From NCBI GenBank assembly GCA_021791195.1, contig JAJYXB010000022.1, forward strand, positions 80,245 to 144,244: a DNA stretch of 64,000 bases, in the 5' to 3' direction. How positions within the stretch are numbered: position 1 is the first letter of the stretch; the number at the start of each line of letters is the position of its first letter. The DNA is from Actinomycetes bacterium. GTDB taxonomy: Bacteria; Actinomycetota; Thermoleophilia; BMS3ABIN01. A program made the position numbers and the translations under genes. A model generated the notes under the pieces. The model was not told the origin of the DNA, did not search any database, and was given only the letters and a program-made list of their open reading frames with translations. Positions 10,013 to 19,612 of the stretch are shown piece after piece.

Positions 10013-11358
10013 GCGTGCTCGACACAGCCAGGAAGGCGCTCGGGGTTGCCGCCGCCACCGGCGTCGAACAGTCTGAGGCTTTTGCGCAGCTGGGCCGCTC
10101 GCTGCGGGTCAAGGTCTACCGCCAGGAGGTCGAGGAGCTGGTCAGCTCGACCGGCAGCGGCGTGGGCATCCGCGTGTTTTCGGGCGGATCGGTCGGTTAC
10201 GCCTACACGTCTGATCTTTCCGACCAGAGTTTGAAGGCGGCCGCCCAGGCGGCGGCGGACGCGATGTCGGTGACGGCGCCGGACGAGTTCGCCGGGCTGC
10301 CGGAGCCGGCGGGTGAATTTTCGCCGCTGGAGCTTTACTCCCCGGAGCTGGCCGCGCTGCCGGTGGCAGACAAGATCGCCTTCGCGATGCGGGTGGAAAA
10401 GGCGGCGCTCGGCAGCGACAGCCGCATCAGCCAGGTGGAGTCCGCCACCTATTCCGAAGGCGACAGCCATATCGCGCTCGCGAATTCGCTCGGGTTCGAA
10501 CATCAATTCTCGGAGACCAGCTGCTACAGCTTCCTGCAGGCGATCGCCGAGCAGGACGGCCAGATGCAGACAGGCATCTCGTTCACCACAGGCAGGAATC
10601 TTGAGCAAATGGATGCGGAGGCCACCGGACGCGAAGCGGCCTGGCGCGCGCTGTCGCTGCTGGGGGCCGGGCAGTGCGCCAGCATGAGCTGCCCCGTGGT
10701 GATGGATCCCTTCGTCACCGCCAGCGTCATCGGCGCCATCGGCTCAGTGCTCACCGGCGAAGCCGTGCAGAAGAAGCGGTCGATGTTTGCCGGGCGGGAG
10801 GGCCAGCGGGTCGCCGGCGCGCTGGTGAATCTGCTGGATGACGGCATCCATCCGGACGGCCTGGCGACGGCGCCGTTCGACGGCGAGGGCGTGCCTACCC
10901 GGCAGACCGGATTGATAAAAAACGGCGAATTGCAGGCATTTTTATATGACACATATTCAGGCAGAAAGGACGGACGGACGTCCACTGGCAACGGCGCCCG
11001 CGGTTCCTACCGTTCCCAGCCGCGCGTAAGCCCGACCAACCTGCGCCTGCTGGGCGGCAGCGTCTCACCCGAGCAGATGCTGGCCGGCGTCGACCTGGGT
11101 TTCTATGTCATGGACGTAACGGGGATGCATTCAGGCGTCAACCCCGTCTCCGGCGATTTCTCTGTCGGCGCCACCGGCCGGTTGATACGAAGTGGAAGCC
11201 TGGCAGAGCCGGTGCGCGAGGTGACCATCGCCGGCAACCTGCTGGACATGCTGGACACTATCAAAAAAATAGGAAATGACAACCGCTGGGTACCGTTCGG
11301 CGGCAGCATCCACGCGCCATCGATCATGATCGGCCAGATGACCGTGAGCGGAAAATAA
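10009..11358 (+). CDS. pmbA: metalloprotease PmbA/TldE
   Basis: TldD paralog lacking the HExxxH motif; start overlaps the tldD stop. Confidence 0.85.
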   Translation: MSVLDTARKALGVAAATGVEQSEAFAQLGRSLRVKVYRQEVEELVSSTGSGVGIRVFSGGSVGYAYTSDLSDQSLKAAAQAAADAMSVTAPDEFAGLPEPAGEFSPLELYSPELAALPVADKIAFAMRVEKAALGSDSRISQVESATYSEGDSHIALANSLGFEHQFSETSCYSFLQAIAEQDGQMQTGISFTTGRNLEQMDAEATGREAAWRALSLLGAGQCASMSCPVVMDPFVTASVIGAIGSVLTGEAVQKKRSMFAGREGQRVAGALVNLLDDGIHPDGLATAPFDGEGVPTRQTGLIKNGELQAFLYDTYSGRKDGRTSTGNGARGSYRSQPRVSPTNLRLLGGSVSPEQMLAGVDLGFYVMDVTGMHSGVNPVSGDFSVGATGRLIRSGSLAEPVREVTIAGNLLDMLDTIKKIGNDNRWVPFGGSIHAPSIMIGQMTVSGK

Positions 11359-11442
11359 AACCGCTGAAATTGGCTTGTAAAGGCCAAATCCATCTGATAG
11401 TGTCGGTAACCGCCAGCTTCTAAAAACCTTAATACAGGAGGC

Positions 11443-11721
11443 ATGGAAGTGGGAAAGTCCGAATTCGTTAGTGCAGTTGCCGACAAGGCAAATCTTAACA
11501 AGACGCAGGCAGCCGCTGCGGTCGATGCGTTCATCGACACGGTGATGGCATCGCTGAAGAAAGGCGACGAGGTCCAGTTCACCGGCTTCGGGAAATTCAG
11601 CGTTCAGAAGCGTGCCGCCCGTGAAGGCATCAATCCGCAGACGAAGCAGAAGATCAAGATCGCTGCCAGCAAAGTGCCGAAGTTCAGCGCCGGCAGCCAG
11701 CTCAAAGCGGCGGTAAAATAG
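11443..11721 (+). CDS. hup: HU family DNA-binding protein
   Basis: 92 aa, FGKFSVQKRAAREGINPQT arm motif. Confidence 0.9.
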   Translation: MEVGKSEFVSAVADKANLNKTQAAAAVDAFIDTVMASLKKGDEVQFTGFGKFSVQKRAAREGINPQTKQKIKIAASKVPKFSAGSQLKAAVK

Positions 11722-11769
11722 CAGCAGTTGCGCGGGGCGGCGCATTGCCGCCTGAAATCAATCGCGTAC

Positions 11770-11803
11770 AAGCCGTGGAAGCATTGCTTCCGCGGCTTTT
11801 TTC
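11770..11803 (+). terminator. Rho-independent terminator after hup
   Basis: AAGCCGTGGAAGC-ATT-GCTTCCGCGGCTT hairpin followed by TTTTTTC. Confidence 0.6.
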
Positions 11804-12029
11804 ATGGTGCGCAGCGCGCCCGTAATGCAGGAAAACGGCGGCCGGCGGCCAATTATCGCAAGTAAGCGTTGCTTTAACGGTCTTCAACAGGTTAGGAGAA
11901 CCGATCAAGGCAATTCCTGGTTTCGCCGCAGGCCGGACAGGCACCGCCGGCCCCGGGTTCGCCGGCTTCCGTGGCCGGAATCAGACCCGCGCCCGCGAGC
12001 GGGAGGACGGGCCGCGCGGCCTTCGTCTG

Positions 12030-12470
12030 GTGCGGATATCGACCCGGCAAAAGCTGACCCTGGAAGCGCCTCTCCTCGGCCTCCTGCTGATTGTTTTTTC
12101 GATCTCCGCGCTGGTGGCGCCCAACATGCACCTGCGGGTTGGCGATGTCGATCTGCCTTCGGTCGTCCTTTGTCCGTTCTTCGCCATCACCGGTATCCCC
12201 TGCCTCTTTTGCGGGATTACCCGCTCGTTCCTGGCCATGGGGCGCTTTGACTTCGTCTCCGCCTTCGTCTTCCATCCACTGGGTCCGGCGATTTTTCTGG
12301 CGCTGATAGCCGTGGCGCTGGTGATGGCAGTCACCCTGGCTACCGGCTGGCGCGTCCGGCTGGGCCTGTTGCCGGCGCTCCGGCACCAGCTGGTCCGCTG
12401 GGTGATATGCATCCTTGTTCTCGCCTGGCCGCTGAAGCTGGCGATCTGGTCGCACACCGGCCTGCTGTAG
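12030..12470 (+). CDS. DUF2752 family membrane protein
   Basis: CPFFAITGIPCLFCGITRSF motif, multi-TM. Confidence 0.6.
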   Translation: MRISTRQKLTLEAPLLGLLLIVFSISALVAPNMHLRVGDVDLPSVVLCPFFAITGIPCLFCGITRSFLAMGRFDFVSAFVFHPLGPAIFLALIAVALVMAVTLATGWRVRLGLLPALRHQLVRWVICILVLAWPLKLAIWSHTGLL

Positions 12471-12505
12471 ACAACATCACCGCTTTTTGACATAAGGAGG
12501 AGTCG

Positions 12506-13153
12506 ATGACGAGTGTTCCAGCGCTTCAGGCGGACATGAACCTGAGGACGGCGACTGACTGGCAGCAGAATTTCTGGCCGGTGTTCTTCCTCTCCCTGAT
12601 CACCTGCGGCATTTACGGCATCTACGTGCTCTACAAGATGCTCGACCGCCGCCAGCAGCATTTCGAGCGCATGGTCAACCTGCGCCAGCACCTCATCGGC
12701 GTGCTGAAAGAAAAGGCTGAGGCAGCCGGCAGGAGCGCAGAACTGGAGCAGGACCTCTCGCAGCTGGAGGGGATCCACATGGAGGCCACCGCCCGCGACC
12801 GCGCCGGCGAGAAATCGCCCGCGCTCTGGCTGGTGCTGAGCATCGTGGTCGGCATCGTCGTCTATTACGTCTACTACTTCCTCAACGATGATTTTCGCGC
12901 CCATGAATCAAACGAGCAGCGCTTCATGGCGCGGGCCAGCGAGATCATGGCCACGCTGGGGATGCCCGACCAGCCGATCCTCATGGATACGGTGGTGCCG
13001 GAGCGGAATTTCATCGTTTATATCCTGCTGACCCTGGTGACCTGCGGCATCTACGGCATCTACTGGATGTATACCGTCCTCACCGATCCCAACAGGCATT
13101 TTCAGCAGCATGAGGTCTGGGAGGCCCGTCTGGCCGCGGCCGTCACGGTGTAG
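12506..13153 (+). CDS. membrane protein with two DUF4234 repeats
   Basis: ITCGIYGIYVLYKMLDRRQQHFE and VTCGIYGIYWMYTVLTDPNRHFQQHE internal duplication. Confidence 0.6.
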   Translation: MTSVPALQADMNLRTATDWQQNFWPVFFLSLITCGIYGIYVLYKMLDRRQQHFERMVNLRQHLIGVLKEKAEAAGRSAELEQDLSQLEGIHMEATARDRAGEKSPALWLVLSIVVGIVVYYVYYFLNDDFRAHESNEQRFMARASEIMATLGMPDQPILMDTVVPERNFIVYILLTLVTCGIYGIYWMYTVLTDPNRHFQQHEVWEARLAAAVTV

Positions 13154-13191
13154 ATCGTGCGGAGCCGGAACTTCGATGCCAGGGCAATGAC

Positions 13192-13593
13192 ATGACCGAC
13201 TGCATTTATCATCCCGGAGTGGAAGCCGTCGGCGAGTGCGCCAACTGCGGCAAGCCTTTCTGCGCGCAGGATGTGACCCAGACCGCTGAGGGCCGCTATT
13301 TCTGCCGCGTGTGCGCCTCGCAGATCTGCGCCGCTCCCGGGCAGGGGCCGGGCGCGCTGGCGATCATCTCGCTGGCCCTGTCGGCGGCCAGCTTTCTGTT
13401 CTGCCTGATCACGGCGATCCCCGGCATGATCACCGGTTATATCGAGCTGGCGAACATCAAGCGGGGGCAGTCGCCGCCGGAAGGGCGGGGGTTTGCCATC
13501 GCCGGCGCTGTGATCGGCACGGTGGTGACGGCGCTGATGAGCGCGTTCATCGCGCTGATGATCATCCTGGCGATCGCCGGGGTGATCAAATAG
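13192..13593 (+). CDS. B-box-like zinc-ribbon / DUF4190 membrane protein
   Basis: N-terminal CxxC...CxxC ribbon (CANCGKPFC...CRVC), C-terminal TM region with QSPPEGR motif. Confidence 0.6.
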   Translation: MTDCIYHPGVEAVGECANCGKPFCAQDVTQTAEGRYFCRVCASQICAAPGQGPGALAIISLALSAASFLFCLITAIPGMITGYIELANIKRGQSPPEGRGFAIAGAVIGTVVTALMSAFIALMIILAIAGVIK

Positions 13594-13701
13594 GGCCATG
13601 CAGGCGCGACCGGTCAATTCAGCTGCGGGGGAGACGCAAGTGCGCCGGCTAATCCAGATGCGCGGCGGCGTCACCGGGAATGAGACGGCTGGCGAAAGCC
13701 G

Positions 13702-14094
13702 GTGAAATGCTTCAACCATCCCGATAAGGAGGCGGCGGGAGTCTGCGCCGTTTGCGGCCAGCCTTTCTGCCATGCCTGCGCCGTGGAGTTCTCCGACGGC
13801 TCGCTTTTCTGCCGTCCCGACGCCGCCTGCGGGCAGGCACTGGTGAAGTCAGGACCCAGCACCCTGGCTATCCTGGCCCTGGTGCTGGCCATCGCCGGCA
13901 TCACCAATTGTGTCACCGGCGTCGCGGGCGTGATCCTTGGCTTTATCGAGCTGGACAAGATCAAGAAGAAGCAGTCGCCGCCGGAGGGCAGGAAATTCGC
14001 CCGGGCGGCGGTCATCGTCGGGATCGCCACCGTGGTGCTGTTTGCGCTGCTGGAAATCGTCTACTTCCTTGTTTTCGCCAGATCCAGGTTGTAG
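13702..14094 (+). CDS. B-box-like zinc-ribbon / DUF4190 membrane protein, tandem paralog of 13192..13593
   Basis: GTG start; CAVCGQPFC ribbon; shared ELxxIKxxQSPPEGRxFA motif. Confidence 0.6.
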   Translation: MKCFNHPDKEAAGVCAVCGQPFCHACAVEFSDGSLFCRPDAACGQALVKSGPSTLAILALVLAIAGITNCVTGVAGVILGFIELDKIKKKQSPPEGRKFARAAVIVGIATVVLFALLEIVYFLVFARSRL

Positions 14095-14143
14095 TGCCGG
14101 GAGCGGTCTTTTCGGAAAATGATTCTGTGCTAGAATCACCAGC

Positions 14144-14839
14144 GTGAGCGACGATCTTTTAACTACATATCAGCTGGCGCCGTCCATCCTCTCCGCTGAT
14201 TTCGGACAGCTCGAGAACCAGATCGGGCTGGTGATGGACGCCGGCGTGCGTGTCATCCATGTCGATGTGATGGACGGACACTTCGTCCCCAACATCACCA
14301 TCGGACCGGTGGTGGTGCAGCACATCCGCGACCAGGTGCATGAAGGCGGCGGGGCGCTGGACGTCCATCTGATGATCGAGAATCCGGAACGGTACATCGA
14401 TGCCTTCGCCGCCGCGGGCTCCGACTGGATCAACGTCCATGCGGAGGCCTGCACGCATCTGAACGCGGTGCTGGCCCAGATCCGCGCCGCGGGCTGCAAG
14501 GCCGGCGTCACCATCAACCCGGCGACGCCGCTGGCGACCATCCAGGAAGTCACCGGCGACATCGATTTTGCGCTGATGATGACGGTCAATCCCGGTTTCA
14601 GCGGCCAGCAGTTCATCGCTTCGGTGCTGCCCAAGATCAGGCGCGCGCGCATGCTGCTGCCCGAGGGCGCCGGACTCCAGGTCGACGGCGGCGTGGGGCC
14701 GGACACGATCGAGGCCGCGCTTGACACTGGCGCCAACCTGTTCGTCGCCGGCTCCGCCGTCTTCGGAGCGGCCGATCCGGCAGCCGCCGCCCGCGGGCTG
14801 ATCGACGCCATGGCCTGCAGGCTGGACTCGCAGCCGTAG
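14144..14839 (+). CDS. rpe: ribulose-phosphate 3-epimerase
   Basis: GTG start; LAPSILSADF...HVDVMDGHFVPNIT motifs. Confidence 0.9.
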   Translation: MSDDLLTTYQLAPSILSADFGQLENQIGLVMDAGVRVIHVDVMDGHFVPNITIGPVVVQHIRDQVHEGGGALDVHLMIENPERYIDAFAAAGSDWINVHAEACTHLNAVLAQIRAAGCKAGVTINPATPLATIQEVTGDIDFALMMTVNPGFSGQQFIASVLPKIRRARMLLPEGAGLQVDGGVGPDTIEAALDTGANLFVAGSAVFGAADPAAAARGLIDAMACRLDSQP

Positions 14840-14954
14840 CTGTGCCGGCGGCTCGCGCTGCCACTCGCGAAAAAAATATGCCGCGAACTATGAACCCGCG
14901 AATGTTTTTGTTATCATTTTCACGAACGACCTAATTTAATAGCTGTACTTTGCA

Positions 14955-15131
14955 GCAATATCTTCGGGGCGGGGTGGAATTCCCCACCGGCGGTCAAAGC
15001 CCGCGACCCTCGTCAAGAGGTTGATCAGGTGAAATTCCTGGGCCGACAGTCAAAGTCTGGATGGGAGAAGATATAAGCTCGAATGAGCTTGTGACGCCCT
15101 GGGATAGACGCTGCCCGGGGTTTTTTTATTC
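14955..15131 (+). promoter_or_regulatory. FMN riboswitch (RFN element) with intrinsic-terminator expression platform
   Basis: CTTCGGGGCGGGGTGGAATTCCCCACCGGCGGT...GGTGAAATTCCTGGGCCGACAGTCAAAGTCTGGATGGGAGAAG matches the RFN consensus; followed by CCCTGGG-N10-CCCGGGG hairpin and TTTTTTTATT at 15098..15127. Confidence 0.9.
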
Positions 15132-15132
15132 C

Positions 15133-16254
15133 ATGATTTCGGGGACAGACATCAGTTTCATGCAGCGGGCGCTGGACCTGGCCGATCTGGCCAGGGGCAG
15201 GACCAGCCCCAATCCCACCGTGGGCGCCGTTATCGTCAGGGATGATGACGTCATCGGCGAGGGCTATCACCGGCGCGCCGGCGCCGATCATGCCGAAGTG
15301 GCCGCGATCAGGTCGGCGGCGGGAGGCGTCGAAGGGGCCACCATTTACGTCACGCTCGAACCCTGCTGTCATACAGGCCGGACGGGTCCGTGCACGGAAG
15401 CTCTGATCAAGGCCGGCATCGCTCGGGTGCTGATCGCTTCGCTGGACCCGTCGGCGAAGGTGAATGGCAAAGGGCTCAGGCAGCTGCGCGACGCCGGCAT
15501 CGAGGTAGAGGTGCTGGACGGCGCCGTTGCGGCGCGGGCCAGGGCCCAGAACGAGGCTTTCCGCAAGCATGCCGTCACCGGGCTGCCGTTCGTCCTCTTC
15601 AAGAGCGCCATGAGCCTCGACGGCAAGATCGCTACCGCGACAGGTGATTCACGCTGGATCTCGGGCGAGGAAAGCCGCGCCGTGGTGCACGCGCTCCGGG
15701 CCGAGATGGATGCCATCGCCGTGGGCTGCGGCACCGCCGCCATCGATGATCCGATGCTGAACTGCCGGCTGCCGGGCGACTACCTGCAGCCGCTGAGGAT
15801 TGTTTTTGACTCGCAGGCCAATCTGGATCCCCGGAGCAAGCTGGTGCAGACCGCGAACGATTTCCGGACCCTGGTATTTACCGCCGGCAATGCGCCGGAC
15901 GAGCGGGTGGCGGCGCTCGAGCGGGCCGGCGTGGAGGTCAGCCGGACCGGCGGTGAAGGCCGGGTGGACGTGGGCGAGGCCCTCGCGCATCTGGGATCGA
16001 TGGATCCACCGGTGATGAGCGTGCTGCTGGAGGGCGGGCCCACGCTGGCCGCGTCGTTTGTCGAAGCCGGCTTAATCGACAAGGTGATGATGTTCGTCGC
16101 CCCCAAGCTGATCGGCGGCGAGTCGGCCAAGACGCCGGTCGAGGGCCGGGGTTTTCGCCTCGTGGGCGAAGCGGTTCCGCTCAAGCGCCTGTCGCACGTG
16201 TCGATTGGTGAGGATGTGCTGATCACCGCTTACACTTCAGAGGATGAGTGGTGA
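15133..16254 (+). CDS. ribD: bifunctional diaminohydroxyphosphoribosylaminopyrimidine deaminase / 5-amino-6-(5-phosphoribosylamino)uracil reductase
   Basis: Deaminase HAEVAA...PCxxC motif; reductase domain; start placed after the riboswitch terminator (ORF track starts at 15061, inside the riboswitch). Confidence 0.9.
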   Translation: MISGTDISFMQRALDLADLARGRTSPNPTVGAVIVRDDDVIGEGYHRRAGADHAEVAAIRSAAGGVEGATIYVTLEPCCHTGRTGPCTEALIKAGIARVLIASLDPSAKVNGKGLRQLRDAGIEVEVLDGAVAARARAQNEAFRKHAVTGLPFVLFKSAMSLDGKIATATGDSRWISGEESRAVVHALRAEMDAIAVGCGTAAIDDPMLNCRLPGDYLQPLRIVFDSQANLDPRSKLVQTANDFRTLVFTAGNAPDERVAALERAGVEVSRTGGEGRVDVGEALAHLGSMDPPVMSVLLEGGPTLAASFVEAGLIDKVMMFVAPKLIGGESAKTPVEGRGFRLVGEAVPLKRLSHVSIGEDVLITAYTSEDEW

Positions 16255-16343
16255 TGCGGCCCGCGGGCGGCGGCCGCGATCTAATGGAAGACTTTGACTG
16301 TCATGAAAAATGAACGGCACGGTAATTTGAGAGGGAACGAAAT

Positions 16344-16997
16344 ATGTTTACCGGAATAGTCGAAGAACTGGGAAAGCTGGTAAGCCTGGAGATGGGCGCC
16401 GACAGCGGCGTCATCACCATCGAGGCCGATAAGGTGCTGGAGGGCACGCGGCTGGGCGATTCCATCGCCGTCAATGGCGTCTGCCTGACGGCGCGCGCGT
16501 TCGGCAACGGCACTTTTGCCGCCGACGTGATGCCCGAGACGCTTAGAAAGAGCAACCTGGGCAACCTTAAACGTGGCAATCTTGTCAACCTGGAGCGGGC
16601 GATGACGCTCGGCGGGCGCCTGGGCGGCCACCTGATGCTCGGTCACGTGGATGCCACCGGCAAGGTCGTCTCCGTCCGGCCCGAGGGGACGGCGGTCGTC
16701 TACACGATGTTGGCGCCGGAACAGGTGCGGCGTTACATCCTGCCGCAGGGCTCGATCGGCGTCGACGGCATCAGCCTGACCGTCGCCCGGCTCGAAGGCG
16801 ACAAGTTCAGCGTCTCGCTGATCCCGCACACAGTCAGGCTGACGACGCTGGGCAACAACGGCGTCGGTTACGAGGTCAACCTCGAGGCGGATGTCATCGG
16901 CAAGTATGTGGCGCGCATGCTGGAAGGGAATCTGCCCGGGGGGCACGGCGAGGGCGGGCTGACGATCGAGAAACTGGCCGAAGGAGGATTTTTGTAA
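16344..16997 (+). CDS. ribE: riboflavin synthase alpha subunit
   Basis: MFTGIVEELG N-terminus, two lumazine-binding repeats. Confidence 0.9.
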   Translation: MFTGIVEELGKLVSLEMGADSGVITIEADKVLEGTRLGDSIAVNGVCLTARAFGNGTFAADVMPETLRKSNLGNLKRGNLVNLERAMTLGGRLGGHLMLGHVDATGKVVSVRPEGTAVVYTMLAPEQVRRYILPQGSIGVDGISLTVARLEGDKFSVSLIPHTVRLTTLGNNGVGYEVNLEADVIGKYVARMLEGNLPGGHGEGGLTIEKLAEGGFL

Positions 16998-17112
16998 TGA
17001 GCCGGGCGCGAGGATACCGCTCCGAAAGATATCCATCATCGCTTGACGTCCCTAAAGTTTTTTATGCAAGTAACTGATATGAAGTGTCAATTATTCAGAA
17101 GGAAAGGTAGTC

Positions 17113-18393
17113 ATGTCAGATTCAAACCAACAGCAGGAAGTGAAGGAATCGCCGTTCAGCTCCATCGACGAGGCGATCGCCGACATCCAGGCCGGAAAGA
17201 TCATCGTTGTCTGTGACGACGAGGACCGCGAGAACGAGGGCGACCTGACGATGGCGGCGCAGTTCGCCACGCCGGAGGCGATCAACTTCATGGCCACTCA
17301 TGGCCGCGGCCTCATCTGCCTGGCAATGACGCCGGAGAAGTGCACTGATCTGGATCTGCCGCAGATGGTGCAGAAGAACGAAGCTACCTTCAGCACCGCC
17401 TTCACCGTCTCGATCGAGGCGCGTCACGGGGTGACGACCGGCATCTCGGCGGCCGACCGCGCCCACACGATCCAGACGGCGATCAAGCCCGAAGCGCTGC
17501 CCGTGGACCTGGTGCAGCCGGGCCACGTCTTCCCGCTGCGGGCCAAGCCGGGCGGGGTGCTGGAGCGCACCGGTCAGACGGAGGCCTCGGTCGACCTGGC
17601 CAGGCTGGCCGGCCTGGAGCCCGCCGGCGTCATCTGCGAGATCATGAATGAGGACGGCACCATGGCGCGCGTCCCCGACCTGGTCCCCTACTGCAAGAAG
17701 CACAATCTGAAGATGGTCACCGTTGCCGACCTGATCAAGTACCGGCGCAAGACCGAGAAGCTGGTGCGGCGCGCCGCCGAAGCGCGGCTCCCGACCAGAT
17801 TTGGCGATTTCCGCGCCATCGGCTACGAGAGCCTGCTGGACGGCGAGCAGCACGTGGCGCTGGTCAAGGGCGATGTCGAGGGCGCCGAGAACGTGCTCGT
17901 GCGGGTGCACTCCGAGTGTCTCACCGGCGACGTTTTCGGCTCGATGCGCTGCGACTGCGGCGAGCAGCTTTATCATGCGATGCGCATGATCGAGGAGGAG
18001 GGCAAGGGCGTGCTGCTCTATCTCTCCCAGGAAGGCCGCGGCATCGGCATCCTCAACAAGCTCAAGGCCTACGAGCTGCAGGAGCGCGGCCGCGACACCG
18101 TCGAGGCCAACGAGGAGCTTGGCTTCCCGGCCGACCTGCGTGATTATGGCATCGGCGCCCAGATCCTGGTGGACCTGGGGCTGACCTCAATCCGGCAAAT
18201 GACCAACAACCCGAAGAAGATCAAGGGCCTGGAAGGATATGGGCTTAAAATCGTGGAAAGAGTGCCCATCGAGATGCCGCCGCAGTGCGAAAACGTCGCC
18301 TATCTGGCCACCAAGAAGGCCAAGATGGGGCACATCCTCCATCATCAGGATCTCCGTTATGTGGAGGAGGACCAGGAGGAAGGCCAGGTTTAG
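17113..18393 (+). CDS. ribBA: bifunctional 3,4-dihydroxy-2-butanone-4-phosphate synthase / GTP cyclohydrolase II
   Basis: DHBP synthase N-half ([11 protein letters not shown]) and GCHII C-half ([15 protein letters not shown]). Confidence 0.95.
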   Translation: MSDSNQQQEVKESPFSSIDEAIADIQAGKIIVVCDDEDRENEGDLTMAAQFATPEAINFMATHGRGLICLAMTPEKCTDLDLPQMVQKNEATFSTAFTVSIEARHGVTTGISAADRAHTIQTAIKPEALPVDLVQPGHVFPLRAKPGGVLERTGQTEASVDLARLAGLEPAGVICEIMNEDGTMARVPDLVPYCKKHNLKMVTVADLIKYRRKTEKLVRRAAEARLPTRFGDFRAIGYESLLDGEQHVALVKGDVEGAENVLVRVHSECLTGDVFGSMRCDCGEQLYHAMRMIEEEGKGVLLYLSQEGRGIGILNKLKAYELQERGRDTVEANEELGFPADLRDYGIGAQILVDLGLTSIRQMTNNPKKIKGLEGYGLKIVERVPIEMPPQCENVAYLATKKAKMGHILHHQDLRYVEEDQEEGQV

Positions 18394-18468
18394 CAGCCGG
18401 GCCTGAACCGGCGGCGGCCGGTGAGCCGCCGCGCCAGACAACGGAACCGAGACAGAAAGGACCAGTTT

Positions 18469-18942
18469 ATGGCCAGTGAGTTCAAGAGTTACGAGGGAAT
18501 GCTGGACGCCAAGGGGCTGAAGTTCGGCCTGGTAGTGGCGCGTTTTAATGAATTCATCTCCACGCGCCTGCTGGACGGCGCGATCGATTGTCTCGTGCGG
18601 CACGGCGCGGGCAAGAGCGCGATCGAAGTGGCCTGGGTCCCCGGCGCCTTCGAGATCCCGCTGGTGGCGGCGAAGATGGCCGAGAGCGGCAAGTACGACG
18701 CCGTCATCTGCCTGGGCGCGGTCATCCGCGGCGGCACGCCGCACTTTGACTATGTCGCCGCAGAGGTGTCAAAGGGGATCGCCAAGGTTTCGCTTGACAG
18801 CAAGTTACCGGTGGCGATGGGTGTGCTTACCACCGACAGCATCGAGCAGGCGGTCGAGCGCGCCGGCACCAAGGCCGGCAACAAGGGCTGGCAGGCGGCG
18901 GCCGGCGCCATCGAGATGGCCAGCCTGGTGAAGAAGCTCTAG
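18469..18942 (+). CDS. ribH: 6,7-dimethyl-8-ribityllumazine synthase
   Basis: [10 protein letters not shown]...VVARFNEFI...; SD AGAAAGGA upstream of the ATG at 18469. Confidence 0.9.
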   Translation: MASEFKSYEGMLDAKGLKFGLVVARFNEFISTRLLDGAIDCLVRHGAGKSAIEVAWVPGAFEIPLVAAKMAESGKYDAVICLGAVIRGGTPHFDYVAAEVSKGIAKVSLDSKLPVAMGVLTTDSIEQAVERAGTKAGNKGWQAAAGAIEMASLVKKL

Positions 18943-19327
18943 AACGTCATCAACGTCATTTGGCCCGGCCGCAAACAGCGGCGCCGGGGCCGATCCTGAT
19001 CGGCTGGACCTCCGGGCCGGTGGATAGCATTCCGCCGGTCCGGTTTTTATTGCCGCCCGTGGGTCCGCCGGGGCGCGCCAAGCCAGGCGCGTTCATCCCG
19101 GCGGACGGTGGCCATTCCGGCGCCGGGCGTGCGGACCACGGAGTTCGATCTTTCGCGGGGGAAAAGTGAAGCGTTCTACCAGCCCGGCCGCAACGGGGCC
19201 GAAGCGTTCTTTGCGCAGGGGATTTTTCGATGCCTGCAAGGCGCGGCTCCGCCGGGCGAAGCCGGCCTGCCGGCGGATCAGGGAGCTGGCGTCAGGACTC
19301 GGGGCCCAGCCGCCGGGCCAGACCGGG

Positions 19328-19519
19328 TCAGACGGCCTTCTGTACCTTGCCGGCGCTGATGCATTTGGCGCAGACATAGGCGCGCGCCGGGGAGCCGTCC
19401 TTGACGATCCGGATCTTTTGCAGGTTGACGTTGAACCGCCGCCGCGTGGCGCGGTTGGAATGGCTGCGGTTGTTGCCGTATCCCGGCTTCTTGCCGCAAA
19501 CTGTGCAGATTTTTGACAA
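19328..19519 (-). CDS. rpmB: 50S ribosomal protein L28 (TTG start)
   Basis: [34 protein letters not shown]; 63 aa; the only plausible start is the TTG at 19519. Confidence 0.85.
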   Translation of the reverse strand: MSKICTVCGKKPGYGNNRSHSNRATRRRFNVNLQKIRIVKDGSPARAYVCAKCISAGKVQKAV

Positions 19520-19612
19520 TTGGATCAGATCCTTGGTTTTGCCGGCCGCAGCGTCAGGCCGGAGTTTCTTGCTTTTCACACAAGGCGTAATTATGCTATA
19601 GCCGCTTCTTAA

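Noticed and set aside
15061-15132. ORF-track start of ribD at 15061
   Set aside because: Lies inside the FMN riboswitch, upstream of its intrinsic terminator; the ATG at 15133 follows the T-run and is the plausible start.
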